This document shows positions 46,623 through 57,372 of a stretch of 64,000 nucleotides of DNA, one piece after another. Source of the stretch: Thermoplasmatota archaeon (lineage in GTDB: Archaea > Thermoplasmatota > JAKEGO01); the NCBI GenBank assembly GCA_028279595.1, contig JANQNK010000007.1:1-64000 (forward strand). Reading direction: 5' to 3'. How positions within the stretch are numbered: the first letter of the stretch is position 1; each line of letters begins with the position of its first letter. The notes beneath the pieces are model-generated. The model did not search any database, was not told the origin of the DNA, and saw only the letters and a list, made by a program, of their open reading frames with translations. Both the position numbers and the translations under genes were made by a program.

Positions 46623-46748
46623 TATCGGCGAGTCTGCTCATACCTGGTTCCTTTTGAAGACCACATTGGTTTAATTCACAGGCGGCGACCTGATCATCAA
46701 CAGCCTCGCGGCTGGGGAATGATGTTACCGATAATCCTCGGGTCGGGA

Positions 46749-47060
46749 TCAGTCCTGGGGTGTCTCGACCTCCTCGACGATCCTTCCGGCGGACACGCTG
46801 TCGACGGAATGTATCGAGCCGCCGAGGCCTTCTATCACCGCACGCACGGCGTCGAAGTCTATCTTCCACCCCTCGAGGGTTATCTTGATCGTCTCGGTGT
46901 CCTGGTCCACCTCGTATAGGGTGCAGTTGACGCCGGACGTCCCCTTCAGGGTGTTCAGCTTCTTCGCGTACTCGATGATGCCCGGCTTGTGGGGCTTCAT
47001 CACGTCCAGCACGAGCTGGACGATGTTCCCGTCGTTCCCGCCTTCGAACACTCTGCTCAC
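46749..47060 (-). CDS. DUF211 family protein
   Basis: LVLDVMKPH.P, GVN, EVD.DT..IKIT.EG, GGSIHSVD.V.AG. Confidence 0.88.
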   Translation of the reverse strand: MSRVFEGGNDGNIVQLVLDVMKPHKPGIIEYAKKLNTLKGTSGVNCTLYEVDQDTETIKITLEGWKIDFDAVRAVIEGLGGSIHSVDSVSAGRIVEEVETPQD

Positions 47061-47109
47061 GCTGAGCGATTGCCCTGCATCTTAAATAACGTTTTCGGAG
47101 CGAGCCGGT

Positions 47110-47910
47110 TCAGAAGAACAGTATCGAGGCCCAGAGTACCGCTGCGAGGCCGAAGCAGTAGTACGCGAAGTAGTGGAACTTGTCGGCGAGGACCATCCTG
47201 TATAGGGTCTTCAGCGTCAGGTATCCCACGGTCAGGGCGGCGAGGAAGCCCGCTGCCGCCGGAACGGGATCTATCTGCGTATCACCGTTGGCGGCCCTGA
47301 CCAGCTGGAAGAGGCCTGCTGCGAGGATCGCCGGTACGGCCATGAGGAATGAGAACTCGGCGGCGTGCTGACGGGTGAGTCCTGCGTAAAGCCCTCCCGA
47401 TATGGTCATTCCGGACCGTGAGATCCCCGGGAACAGCGCGAAGGCCTGGGCGAAACCGATGGATATCGCCGTCCTGTTGCTCGGATCCCTTGCCTTCCCC
47501 CTCATGTGGGCGGTGAAGAGAAGGACGGCGCCCGTGATCACGAGGGCCATGGCGACGAAAGGCACCGACTCGAAGGACCCGACGACGTAGGACTCCAGCA
47601 ACAGTCCGAGGAAGATGATCGGCAGCGTCGCGAGGATCACATGCCACCCGAATGTCGCGTCGGGGGAGTCCGCGAGCCTGATCTCGCCCTTGAGGGCCTT
47701 GAAGGTGGCCCTCGCGATGGTGGATATGCGTTTACGCATGAAAAGGAGGACCGATGTCATGGTCCCGAGGTGGAGGATGGTGTCGAAGAGGATGGGGTTC
47801 TCCACACCGTAGAGGTCCTGGCCGATGACGAGGTGGCCAGAGCTGCTCACGGGAAGCCATTCGGTGAGGCCCTGGATGATCCCGAGAACCACCGCCACCA
47901 CTACGTCCAT
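47110..47910 (-). CDS. uppP: Undecaprenyl-diphosphate phosphatase (BacA/UppP)
   Basis: GIIQGLTEWLPVSSSGH, HLGT, PGISRSG.T, AEFSFL. Confidence 0.93.
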   Translation of the reverse strand: MDVVVAVVLGIIQGLTEWLPVSSSGHLVIGQDLYGVENPILFDTILHLGTMTSVLLFMRKRISTIARATFKALKGEIRLADSPDATFGWHVILATLPIIFLGLLLESYVVGSFESVPFVAMALVITGAVLLFTAHMRGKARDPSNRTAISIGFAQAFALFPGISRSGMTISGGLYAGLTRQHAAEFSFLMAVPAILAAGLFQLVRAANGDTQIDPVPAAAGFLAALTVGYLTLKTLYRMVLADKFHYFAYYCFGLAAVLWASILFF

Positions 47911-47956
47911 GACGGTTGAACGATATCGTAACTATTAGACCTTTGCATGGAACGGA

Positions 47957-48622
47957 TCATCTGTTGTGCAGATGCGTGGGCTCGTTGCCACCGGTGATGT
48001 CGGTGATGTTCATGAAGTCGTACTCTATCCCCATCGTCACACGGGTGGGAAGGACCGTGAGGAGTATGGGGACGGCCTGAACCTCGTTCACCAGGGAGTC
48101 GCATATCCTGACGAGGGTCTTCATGATCTCCATCACGGAACGGCCCATGAACATGTCGTTCGTTCCGCCCATGACGACGCAGAAGTCGAGGGAATTGGGG
48201 ACTATCTCCCTGCCTCGCTCGAACATCCCGAGGGTCGTGTCGCCCGCCATCCCGAGATTGACGACGGTCACCCCGGACATGCGGAGGTAGTCGGGATACG
48301 CCTTGAACGAAGCGCCGACGACCGATCGCGGGGTCGACCGGAGAGAGAACGGATAGCCCTCCGTGAGGCTGTCGCCGAGGCAGCCGACGGTCGTCCCCGG
48401 TACGAGCATGGGGCGCAGGGAATCTCGGACGAACTCACCGAGGACGCGGTATCCCTCGATGTTTAGATGGGCCCCGTCGCCGTAGTCGTAGATGGTCTTG
48501 AGGCTGTCGTTCGTGTCGGCGAAGAGGGGATAGGGATCGAGGAGAAGGATGTCCATCTCATCCGCAATGTGCTCTATCCCGGAGTTGAGCTGCAGTATCA
48601 GTTCCCGCATCGACGAGTGCAT
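47957..48622 (-). CDS. SGNH/GDSL hydrolase, circularly permuted
   Basis: Blocks occur in the order V (DGAHLN), I (GDSLT), II (NLGMAG), III (GGTND). Confidence 0.85.
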   Translation of the reverse strand: MHSSMRELILQLNSGIEHIADEMDILLLDPYPLFADTNDSLKTIYDYGDGAHLNIEGYRVLGEFVRDSLRPMLVPGTTVGCLGDSLTEGYPFSLRSTPRSVVGASFKAYPDYLRMSGVTVVNLGMAGDTTLGMFERGREIVPNSLDFCVVMGGTNDMFMGRSVMEIMKTLVRICDSLVNEVQAVPILLTVLPTRVTMGIEYDFMNITDITGGNEPTHLHNR

Positions 48623-48992
48623 CGGCAAGGCCCTATTTTACACTTCCCGAACATGCCTCTGGACGGTCCAACTCACATTGACAGGGAATGGGCATGGGTT
48701 TGAGGGAGAACGTCCGCATTAACAGTATCGAGAGGGCCCGGAACCCACCATGGGGAGTCAAATATATCGAGAAATTTCTGCGAAAGGCCAGCGTCCATCG
48801 GATTCTGGGGAAATCCCTGGAAAAATAGGTGTCGGTCCCGGTGGGATATCAGGCCGGCGATATCCATCGGAATCATCGTGATTTCGGTCCCCTGGACCTC
48901 GTTGGACGGCCTCCGGATTAACAAAACATATATGTAGTGATTAACACATTGAGTTGCGGTCATTTCGGAATCCACTTGTGAGGGTTGGTATC

Positions 48993-50021
48993 ATGCCGGA
49001 AGAGGAGAAGAAGGCGGAAGTGAAGAAGGAAGAAGCACCGAAGGATTCGAAGGAGGAGAAGGACCCCAAGTCGAGTTCCTCGGTGGAGAAGTTCGAGAAG
49101 ATCCTCGAGAAGAGAAAGAAGAAGCCCGAGGATCTGAAGAAGGAGGCAAAGGAGGAAGCTCCCGCCGCCCCCGAGAAGAAGGAGGAGAAGAAACCGGAAC
49201 CCGCCCCCGCGGCGAAACCGGCACCGACACCCTCGTCCTCTCTCGGAGTCTACGACCCCAAGGAGGTCGCGGTATCCCTCGACAACATGAAGAAGGAGCA
49301 GGCGAGGATCGCTAACATCCTCACGACTCTCCTCGGCGACTTCGAGGAGGAGAAGAAGAAGGGTGCCATCCTCGACGACCGGCTCAACTCACTTTTAAAG
49401 AAGGACGAGAAGCAGGAGAGCCTGCTCTCGGCCGTCGACAACAAGCTCTCGCAGGTGCTAGAGAGGGAGAGGGCGGAGCAGGAGCGGATAGAGAGGCTCT
49501 CGCAGCTCAGGCGCCTCGAGGAGGACGAACTGAGCGACAGTCTTGCCGAACTCTCCGAGATCTACGAGATGACCCAGAAGAAGCTTGCCGTGGCAAGGGA
49601 GGACATGGCCCTTGTGAAGGAGAAGCTGAAGAGCCTCCTCGACGTCCAGAAGATCGACGAGGAGAAGAAGCTCATCGGACTTACCAGGGCGCACGAGCTC
49701 ACGCAGCAGCGCCTCGAGGCACTCGATGACCTTACCAAGCTCAAGGACCCCTCCGAGAAGGAGAAGTCCCTCGTGCTCATGCTGAAGAAGGGGCGCGAGG
49801 AGCTCGAGCGTGAGCTCGAGGGCGAGATAGCCGGTGACCCGGTCAAGCTCGCGGCACTCCTGAGGAGGGAGAAATCGAAGGGCGCCCTGCCGGCGGGCGC
49901 CTCGGCTGCCAAGCCGATCAACTGCCCGGTATGTCACACCAAGTTCGAGGTCACCTCGAACGAGCGGCCGCTGAAGATCCAGTGTCCGAGCTGTGGCGCG
50001 GTGGGAATCCTCAAGAAGTGA
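48993..50021 (+). CDS. Coiled-coil protein with C-terminal Cys4 zinc finger
   Basis: K/E-rich N-terminus, long heptad region, CPVC...CPSCG; start MPEEEKK. Confidence 0.8.
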   Translation: MPEEEKKAEVKKEEAPKDSKEEKDPKSSSSVEKFEKILEKRKKKPEDLKKEAKEEAPAAPEKKEEKKPEPAPAAKPAPTPSSSLGVYDPKEVAVSLDNMKKEQARIANILTTLLGDFEEEKKKGAILDDRLNSLLKKDEKQESLLSAVDNKLSQVLERERAEQERIERLSQLRRLEEDELSDSLAELSEIYEMTQKKLAVAREDMALVKEKLKSLLDVQKIDEEKKLIGLTRAHELTQQRLEALDDLTKLKDPSEKEKSLVLMLKKGREELERELEGEIAGDPVKLAALLRREKSKGALPAGASAAKPINCPVCHTKFEVTSNERPLKIQCPSCGAVGILKK

Positions 50022-50034
50022 TGCGGGTGGCTCA

Positions 50035-50943
50035 ATGGCTGAGGTGAAGGGAAAGAAGAGGGATCTGTCCGGACTGACCCTGGAGCAGAAGCTAACTCTC
50101 ATTCATGGCAGGTCCGACGGCAGGCTCGAGTCCCTGAAGGAGATCAACTGGAAGCTCGGGCAGTACCTGGAGGACAGGACCAACGTCCAGCCCGACATCC
50201 AGAGGCTCATGGAGCTCAAGAAGATCGGTACCAACCTCGGCGTCCAGGAGATCGAGTCCTGGCGCAAGAGGAAGGAGCTCGAGAGGGGAAAGGTCCCGAG
50301 GCCGATGAAGAGGAAGGACCTGCCCAAGGACCCGGTGGAGCTCAAGCAGCTCTACAACGAGATCTCCAAGCGTTACAAGGGTTACGAACAGGACCTCAAG
50401 CCCATAGGCAAGAAGCTTACCGAGGTCCTCTCGGAGGAGCTGCAGGACGAGTCCAAGGACCTGTGGCACCGGTCCAAGAAGCATGCGGTCACGCTCAAGG
50501 AGATGAACAAGCTCGAGGACTCTAGCAATCTCAAGGCGATCAACGAGGAGGAGACGAAGCTCCTGAACATCATCATGGGCAGGGAGGAGCCGAAGCCCGT
50601 CGTAAGGGCGGCCCCCAAGAAGAGGAAGAAGAAGGCCGTCGAGATCCCCCCTCCGAAACTGACCAAATACTACGGTATGATGGGAGGCGGAGGTGCGGCC
50701 CTCGGGTTCGGTGTGGCGATGTTCGTCTACTTCGTCATGATGGAGGGCGCCGAGATAGCGGCCCTGTTCTTCGCGATACTGGGAATAGCTCTCGTACTGG
50801 CCCCCATGATCGTGGGAGTAATTCTCATAGCCGTTGGAGCGCTGCAACGATCGAAGGCGTTGTCCGACTACGCCGAGGCCAAACGGCGTGCTCAGGCCGG
50901 TTCGGAGGAGGAGGAGGAAGCGGAGCCAGAGGGCAAGGAATAG
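50035..50943 (+). CDS. Hypothetical helical protein with two C-terminal TM helices
   Basis: Start MAEVK, 13 nt after the previous stop; strong codon bias. Confidence 0.8.
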   Translation: MAEVKGKKRDLSGLTLEQKLTLIHGRSDGRLESLKEINWKLGQYLEDRTNVQPDIQRLMELKKIGTNLGVQEIESWRKRKELERGKVPRPMKRKDLPKDPVELKQLYNEISKRYKGYEQDLKPIGKKLTEVLSEELQDESKDLWHRSKKHAVTLKEMNKLEDSSNLKAINEEETKLLNIIMGREEPKPVVRAAPKKRKKKAVEIPPPKLTKYYGMMGGGGAALGFGVAMFVYFVMMEGAEIAALFFAILGIALVLAPMIVGVILIAVGALQRSKALSDYAEAKRRAQAGSEEEEEAEPEGKE

Positions 50944-51022
50944 TGCCTTGACCGGAATGCTTCCTGGAAACGTTTGTGATAAAGTCTTTATAAGTAGACA
51001 CCTCATGGACGGAATGGTGGAC

Positions 51023-53011
51023 ATGGGTCCCGACGAGATGACAGACGAACTGCCCGCTGTCGAGGAGTGGGTCCGGGGTCTCGACATCGAGACGACCGGT
51101 GAGATCGACGTTCCAGAGATGACCGTCGATCAGGTCATCGGACAGGAGGACGGGGTCGATGTCATCCGAAAGGCCGCTGCGCAGAGGCGTCATGTTCTTC
51201 TGATAGGCGATCCCGGCACAGGGAAGTCCATGCTCGGCCAGGCGATGTCGGAACTCCTTCCGAACAGGGAACTGGAGGACATACTCGCGTATCCGAACCA
51301 GGAGGACCCGAACGAGCCGAAGATAAGGGTCGTTCCGGCTGGGAAGGGCCGACAGATAGTGAAGGCCCAGAAAACCGAGGCCCGCCTCTTCCGCGAGCAG
51401 AAGGCAAAGATGAAATGGTTCCTCATCATCCTGATAATCGGCCTGGGACTGCTCCTCTTCATTCTCTACAACAATCCATACCTCATGCTGTTCTCGTTCC
51501 TGATCGTGGTGCTGCTGCTGCTGGCATCGCGAACACCCTACGGTAAACGGGAAGACGACATGGTGCCTAAGTTGCTGGTGTCGCACGAGCCGGAGGACGA
51601 ACCTCCGTTCGTGGACGCCACGGGGGCTCACGCAGGGGCCCTTCTGGGGGATGTCAGACACGACCCGTTCCAATCGGGAGGCCTGGAGACCGCACCCCAC
51701 CTGAGGGTCGAGTCCGGTGCCATTCACAAGGCGCACAAGGGCGTCCTGTTCGTCGACGAGATCAACCTCCTCAGGATGGAGAGCCAGCAGAGCATCCTGA
51801 CGGCCATGCAGGAGAAATCGTTCTCGATCATGGGCCAGAGCGAGCGCTCGGCCGGCGCCATGGTCAAGACCGAGTCGGTACCCTGCGATTTCATACTCAT
51901 AGCGGCGGGCAACATGGACTCGCTGTATCCCAAGGACCCATTCAAGCAGGGCATGCACCCGGCGCTCAGGTCCCGTATCCGGGGCTACGGCTACGAGATC
52001 TACATGCGCACCCAGATGAAGGACACCGAGGCCAACAGGATGAAGCTCGTCCGCTTCGTCGCCCAGGAGGTCTCGAAGGACGGGAAGATCCCGCACTTCA
52101 GCAGGACGGCCCTGGCCGCCCTCCTCAAGGACGCTCAGAGGCGTTCGGGGAAGAAGGGCCATCTTACGCTCAGGCTGAGGGAGCTCGGCGGTCTGATCAG
52201 GACCGCGGGTGACCTTGCGAGGGAGCGGGACTCGAAGGTGGTCACGGCGAAGCATGTGCACGATGCCAGACTCTTCGCGAAGACCCTGGAACAGCAGATC
52301 CACGACCGCTCCGTGGAGGAGCTCTCCATCTACAAGACCTTCGACCGCGAGGGCATCGCGGTGGGCCGCGTCAACGGCCTGGCCGTGCTGACCGGGGAGG
52401 AAGGTGTGAGCGTCGCCACGGGTCTGGTCCTGCCGCTGGTAGCGGAGGTCACACCTGCAGCTTCGAAGCGCGAGGGCAAGACGATCGCAACGGGACGCCT
52501 CGGCGAGATAGCAAACGAGGCGGTCCAGAACGTCTCCGCCATCATCAAGAAGGAGACTGGCGAGAACATCTCCAATTTCGACATCCACATCCAGTTCATC
52601 AACACCTACAGCGGCGTGGAGGGCGATTCGGCCTCCATTTCCGTCGCCACCGCGGTTATCTCCTCGTTCGAGGGGCTCCCCGTGGACCAGTCGGTCGCCA
52701 TGACCGGTTCTTTGAGCGTGAAGGGGGATGTACTGCCCGTCGGCGGGATCGCGGCAAAGATAGAGGCCGCAACGACCGCGGGAATGAAGAAGGTCATCAT
52801 TCCCAAAGCAAACATGGAGGAGGTCTTCCTGGACGACCTCCCCGAGGGGTTCGAGGTCCATCCAGTGGAGAACATCAAGCAGGTCCTGGAGATCGCCCTG
52901 GTGGGCGAGAAGCGTGGCTTACTGCAGCGTCTCAGCGAACTCCTGGACGTCAGGGATGCAGTGAAGAAGGAGATCGGCCGAGGGCCTACTCCGACGTCAG
53001 ATGGCGCCTGA
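51023..53011 (+). CDS. lonB: Archaeal ATP-dependent Lon protease (LonB)
   Basis: GDPGTGKS, two TM helices in the ATPase domain, [21 protein letters not shown] (catalytic Ser), VGGI.AKIEAA. Start uncertain (51014-51038). Confidence 0.96.
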   Translation: MGPDEMTDELPAVEEWVRGLDIETTGEIDVPEMTVDQVIGQEDGVDVIRKAAAQRRHVLLIGDPGTGKSMLGQAMSELLPNRELEDILAYPNQEDPNEPKIRVVPAGKGRQIVKAQKTEARLFREQKAKMKWFLIILIIGLGLLLFILYNNPYLMLFSFLIVVLLLLASRTPYGKREDDMVPKLLVSHEPEDEPPFVDATGAHAGALLGDVRHDPFQSGGLETAPHLRVESGAIHKAHKGVLFVDEINLLRMESQQSILTAMQEKSFSIMGQSERSAGAMVKTESVPCDFILIAAGNMDSLYPKDPFKQGMHPALRSRIRGYGYEIYMRTQMKDTEANRMKLVRFVAQEVSKDGKIPHFSRTALAALLKDAQRRSGKKGHLTLRLRELGGLIRTAGDLARERDSKVVTAKHVHDARLFAKTLEQQIHDRSVEELSIYKTFDREGIAVGRVNGLAVLTGEEGVSVATGLVLPLVAEVTPAASKREGKTIATGRLGEIANEAVQNVSAIIKKETGENISNFDIHIQFINTYSGVEGDSASISVATAVISSFEGLPVDQSVAMTGSLSVKGDVLPVGGIAAKIEAATTAGMKKVIIPKANMEEVFLDDLPEGFEVHPVENIKQVLEIALVGEKRGLLQRLSELLDVRDAVKKEIGRGPTPTSDGA

Positions 53012-53396
53012 TCAGGCCATCCAACACGTTCTCCGGCTGGGCGCCGACCATTCTCTCAACAGGCTGACCGTCCTTGAATATCAATACAGTGGGAATGCTC
53101 ATAACGGCGAAACGGGCGGCAGTCCTCTGGTTCTGGTCGGTGTCGATCTTCAGGAAGGTGACCTGTCCCGAATATTTCTGTGACAGGGATTCGATGACCG
53201 GTGACAGCATCTTGCACGGGCCGCACCAGGGAGCCCAGCAGTCCACGACGACGAGGCCCTCTTCGGGAATGTGCGAGTCGAAGTCCATGTCGGTCACGTC
53301 GATCGGACCGGAGGGTGCGGGGTGCGCCGCTTCGTCCATCATCGCTGCGAGCTTCCTCTCGCGGATCCTCTGGAGCTCATCGTCCTCTTCGGGCAT
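52986..53396 (-). CDS. trxA: Thioredoxin
   Basis: [12 protein letters not shown], archaeal [11 protein letters not shown]-terminal helix. Confidence 0.95.
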   Translation of the reverse strand: MPEEDDELQRIRERKLAAMMDEAAHPAPSGPIDVTDMDFDSHIPEEGLVVVDCWAPWCGPCKMLSPVIESLSQKYSGQVTFLKIDTDQNQRTAARFAVMSIPTVLIFKDGQPVERMVGAQPENVLDGLIRRHLTSE

Positions 53397-53499
53397 GTAA
53401 CCGGGAACGAGGCCACTTCATTATAATCATTGGGCCGAAAGGTTTCGGAATATGGAAGGATTTATATGTCTCCCGCTGTTTCGAGAGGACGGTGTTGAA

Positions 53500-54444
53500 A
53501 TGAAGCCTGCGATGACACTTTGCGCTTTCCTGATACTCGTGATACCGCTCCTTGGCCTACCCGGAGCGGACTATCCGTCCGAGAGGGACATCGACATCGA
53601 TATCATCCCCGGGGGGGACAAGCAGGCGTCCGTTGCGCCTACCGCCGTCCTGATCGCCAGACCGGACGAGGCGGACGTCGACGAGGAGGTCTTCCTCGAC
53701 GCCACCGATTCCTATGCAGGTTCCGGCACGAAGATGTGGTTCAGGTTCCATGCGGGCGATGGAACGCCGGCGACGGACTGGATGACGGTCGGGATATGGA
53801 GCCACGCCTACGGCAAGAAGGGGACGTTCCGCGCGAGGGTCGAGGTGAGGAACGAGAACGACGAGGTCTCCGAGGACACGGTGAAGATAAAGGTGGGCGA
53901 GGACGACGAGGCCCTCCTCTTCGGGCTCAGTGCGATGTCGCTGATCCTCATCATCGTCATCGCTGCCCTGGTCATCGGACTCCTGGCCCTGGTCCTGAGG
54001 CGGAGGAGGAAGGCGGCGGAGGAGCCGTATTACGACCCCTACGCGGCGAAATACGCCAGCGGGGCTGCAGCTGACGACTACGCGGAAGAGGACTACCCCG
54101 AGGATGATTATGCTGAGGATGAGTATCCCGAGGAGGACTATCCTGAGGACGATCTCCCCGATGACGAACCGCCGGAGGAGGTCGAGGAAGAGCTCCCGCC
54201 CCCACCACCTCCACCGCCACAGAGGGCGAGGCCCGCCAGACCGCCAGCGAGGAAGAAGGTGAAGAGGCCAGTCAAGAAGCCGGTCGCTGCTGCACCACCC
54301 GGGGATCCGAAGATGAAGACCCTCATGGTGAACTGTCCGAACTGCGACAACACCATGGAGATCAAGTACATGGGTCCGCCCGTGTTCCTCACATGCGACA
54401 AGTGCGGTATGAAGGGAGAGATCCCCGAAGAGATGCTGGACTGA
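53500..54444 (+). CDS. PKD-domain membrane protein with acidic Tyr repeats, poly-Pro and C-terminal Zn finger
   Basis: Signal peptide, LDATDS..GDG..H.Y PKD-like domain, TM, (D/E)DYPE repeats, CPNC...CDKCG. Confidence 0.82.
   Translation: MKPAMTLCAFLILVIPLLGLPGADYPSERDIDIDIIPGGDKQASVAPTAVLIARPDEADVDEEVFLDATDSYAGSGTKMWFRFHAGDGTPATDWMTVGIWSHAYGKKGTFRARVEVRNENDEVSEDTVKIKVGEDDEALLFGLSAMSLILIIVIAALVIGLLALVLRRRRKAAEEPYYDPYAAKYASGAAADDYAEEDYPEDDYAEDEYPEEDYPEDDLPDDEPPEEVEEELPPPPPPPPQRARPARPPARKKVKRPVKKPVAAAPPGDPKMKTLMVNCPNCDNTMEIKYMGPPVFLTCDKCGMKGEIPEEMLD
54073..54162 (+). repeat. Six imperfect 15-bp coding tandem repeats
   Basis: DDYAE EDYPE DDYAE DEYPE EDYPE DDLPD. Confidence 0.75.
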
Positions 54445-54495
54445 AGGCAGTTACAAGGGGTACAGATAGCTTGTTATCTTCCAGCCGGAGCCAGG

Positions 54496-55143
54496 TCACT
54501 CGATGAGTGTCGATACGAGCTCGTCGAGCCCCTCGCCTGTCCTGGCGCTGGTAAGGACCATCCTTCCCGTGGGATTCACCCGGGTATAGTCCGCCACAAC
54601 GGTGTCCATCGATGCGTCCATGTAAGGTGCCAGATCGACCTTGTTGAGGACGGCCATGTCGGTCTCGCTGAAGATCACCGGATGCTTCCGGACCATGTCG
54701 TCGCCCTCGGTTATGGATATCACGACCATCCTCCCCTCGGAACCGAGGGGGAAATCGGCCGGGCATACGAGATTCCCAACGTTCTCGATGAAAAGTATGT
54801 CGATCTCGTCGAGAGGCATCTTCTCGATCGCATGCCGGATGTAATGGGCGTCCAGATGACACTCCTTGCCCGTGTTGACGTTCATCGAAGGGATGCCGTG
54901 GGCCTCGAGCCGCCTGTGGTCGTCGTCCCCAGCCACGTCGCCGACGATCGCTCCGACCCTGACACCCTTGTGACGCAGCCTGACTGTAAGTTCACATATG
55001 AGCGTGGTCTTTCCAGACCCTATGGAGCCGAGAATATCGAAAGCCCTGACGCCGTGGTCGGCGAGATGGGTCCTGTTTGCCTCCGCCAGGACCCTGTTGT
55101 CCTGCAACGGGTCGATGTCAGCGCTGATCGTGACCTTGTGCAT
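54496..55143 (-). CDS. hypB: Hydrogenase nickel-insertion GTPase HypB
   Basis: GSIGSGKT, TGKECHLDA, ENVGNLVCPA.F.LG, NKVDL, SA.TGEG. Confidence 0.94.
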   Translation of the reverse strand: MHKVTISADIDPLQDNRVLAEANRTHLADHGVRAFDILGSIGSGKTTLICELTVRLRHKGVRVGAIVGDVAGDDDHRRLEAHGIPSMNVNTGKECHLDAHYIRHAIEKMPLDEIDILFIENVGNLVCPADFPLGSEGRMVVISITEGDDMVRKHPVIFSETDMAVLNKVDLAPYMDASMDTVVADYTRVNPTGRMVLTSARTGEGLDELVSTLIE

Positions 55144-55233
55144 GCCGTAGGCAACATACAGGTCCATTATGAACCTGTCGCCTTTCAACACGTACGAACA
55201 ACTGTTAAAATAGTAGAGTTCGATTTGGGAAAC

Positions 55234-57348
55234 ATGACGGGAGAGTTGGACCCGATATTCAAGCCCAGGTCGATAGCTGTCATTGGCGCCTCGAGGGAGA
55301 AGAACACCATAGGACGCGAGGTGCTCGAGAACCTGGTGAGGCACGATTTCGCCGGCGTGGTCTACCCCGTCAACCCGAAGGCTGACGTCATCTACTCGAT
55401 CAAGGCCTATCCCACCGTCGAGGACGTTCCGGGGGACGTCGATCTCGCGGTCATATCAGTTCCGAGCAGGTTCGTCCTGGAGGTCATGGAGGCCTGCGGA
55501 CGGAAGGGTGTCAAGGGAGCGATCATAATCACGGCCGGCTTCAAGGAGACCGGGGAGGCGGGTGCGGAGCTCGAGGAGAAGGTACATGCCATAGCCAGAG
55601 AGCACGGCATCCGCGTTGTCGGACCCAACTGCATGGGTGTGGTCAATTCAGAGCCGGACATCAGGATGAACGCGACCTTCGCGACGGCAAACCTCCCGGA
55701 CGGTCACATCGCCCTGATATCGCAGTCAGGGGCCTTCGGGCTCATCATATTCGAGCACGCCGAGTCGATCGGCCTCGGCATGTCCAAGTTCGTCTCGCTC
55801 GGGAACAGGATGGACATATCGTCCAACGACATCCTCGAGATGCTCGAGGAGGACGAGCACACACACCTGGTACTTCTCTATCTGGAGAGTTTTGGAAGCC
55901 CGTCGAGGTTCATCTCGATAGCCAGGAGGCTCTCCAAGGAGAAGCCCATCATAGCTGTCAAGTCCGGACGGACCCTGGCAGGTGCAAGGGCGGCAACATC
56001 GCACACGGGTGCACTGGCAGCCATGGATATCGCGGTGGACGCCCTCTTTGAGCAGTGCGGGATCCTCCGCGCCGAGACGATACCGAACCTGTTCGATTAC
56101 GCCCAGGCATTGGCCTACCAACCGCTTCCGAAGGGCAAGCGGGTCGCCATCATAACCAACGGCGGAGGTCCGGGCATCATAGCGACCGACGCCGCCATCG
56201 GCCACGGTCTCGAGATGGCCGCGTTCTCGGAGGAGACCGTCAAAAGGCTCCAGTCGGCGCTCGCCGAGGAGGCCAGCGTGAAGAACCCGGTGGACATGAT
56301 AGCAGCGGCCGGTCCGAAGGAGTACAAGGAAGTGACGAAGATCGTCCTTGAGGACGAGGGCGTCGACGGGGTTATCGTCATATTCGTCCCTCCAGTTGCT
56401 TCGGACCCGGTGGAGGTGGCGAAATCGATCTCCGAATCCAGCCTGTCGTCTGGCAAACCGGTACTGGGGTGCTTCATGGGCAGCGAGGGTGTTGCAACGG
56501 CGGTCGAGGAGCTCGAGCGCAACCGGATACCATCGTACAAGTTCCCCGAGAGCGCCGCAATGTCGCTTGCCGCCATGTATAGGCACCACAAGTGGCGCGA
56601 GCGCCCGACGTCGGACGTCAAGGGGTTCGATGTCGACACGGGAACGGTCAGGAGGATCATTGATGGTAAAGACGGTTATCTCTCGGCCCAGGACGTATCA
56701 GCGATCCTAGAGGGGTATGGCTTCAAGGTACCAGAATCGGGGATCGTCAAGACAGCGGACGAGGCATGCAAGGAGGCCGACCGGCTCGGCTATCCGGTGG
56801 TCCTGAAGGCCCTCGTGAAGGACAGGGTCCACAAGACCGATATTGGTGGCGTGAAGCTCGATCTGCGGACATCCTACGAGGTCAAGGGCGGGTTCTACGA
56901 GATCCTGGACTCACTGAAGAAAGCCGGCATACCCGAGGAGGACCTGATCGGGGTAATGGTCCAGAGGATGGTCCACGGCGGGAAGGAGACCATCATCGGC
57001 GTGGTCTCGGACCCCATGTTCGGTCCGCTCGTGATGTTCGGCATGGGCGGCATCTACGTCGAGGTCCTGAAGGACGTCGCCTTCCGTATACCTCCGCTGA
57101 CCGAACTCGATGCAAGGGAGCTCATCGAGAGCATCAAGGGGAACGCCATCCTCGAGGGTATCCGTGGGGACCCACCATCTGACATCGATGCGACGGTGGA
57201 GGCGCTCGAGAGGGTGTCCCAGATGGTCATGGACAATCCCGAGATCATCGAGATGGACCTCAATCCACTCATCATCATGCCCGAGGGGGAGGGAGTCCTT
57301 GCCCTCGATGCGAGGATAAGGGTCGCTCCGCTGAAAGCGTCGGAATGA
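55234..57348 (+). CDS. Acetate--CoA ligase (ADP-forming), fused alpha/beta
   Basis: P.SIAVIGAS, GPNCMG, SQSG, SHTG (phospho-His), NPVD, HKTDIGGV, DLNP. Confidence 0.92.
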   Translation: MTGELDPIFKPRSIAVIGASREKNTIGREVLENLVRHDFAGVVYPVNPKADVIYSIKAYPTVEDVPGDVDLAVISVPSRFVLEVMEACGRKGVKGAIIITAGFKETGEAGAELEEKVHAIAREHGIRVVGPNCMGVVNSEPDIRMNATFATANLPDGHIALISQSGAFGLIIFEHAESIGLGMSKFVSLGNRMDISSNDILEMLEEDEHTHLVLLYLESFGSPSRFISIARRLSKEKPIIAVKSGRTLAGARAATSHTGALAAMDIAVDALFEQCGILRAETIPNLFDYAQALAYQPLPKGKRVAIITNGGGPGIIATDAAIGHGLEMAAFSEETVKRLQSALAEEASVKNPVDMIAAAGPKEYKEVTKIVLEDEGVDGVIVIFVPPVASDPVEVAKSISESSLSSGKPVLGCFMGSEGVATAVEELERNRIPSYKFPESAAMSLAAMYRHHKWRERPTSDVKGFDVDTGTVRRIIDGKDGYLSAQDVSAILEGYGFKVPESGIVKTADEACKEADRLGYPVVLKALVKDRVHKTDIGGVKLDLRTSYEVKGGFYEILDSLKKAGIPEEDLIGVMVQRMVHGGKETIIGVVSDPMFGPLVMFGMGGIYVEVLKDVAFRIPPLTELDARELIESIKGNAILEGIRGDPPSDIDATVEALERVSQMVMDNPEIIEMDLNPLIIMPEGEGVLALDARIRVAPLKASE

Positions 57349-57372
57349 GCTTGATCTCTGAATGAAGGACCC

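Noticed and set aside
48673-48975. 100-aa minus-strand ORF as a missing SGNH N-terminus or a separate gene
   Set aside because: No SGNH motifs, atypical codons, and it spans the divergent promoter region.
52986-53011. Convergent lonB/trxA overlap as antisense regulation
   Set aside because: Short 3' overlaps are common in compact archaeal genomes, and there is no other evidence.
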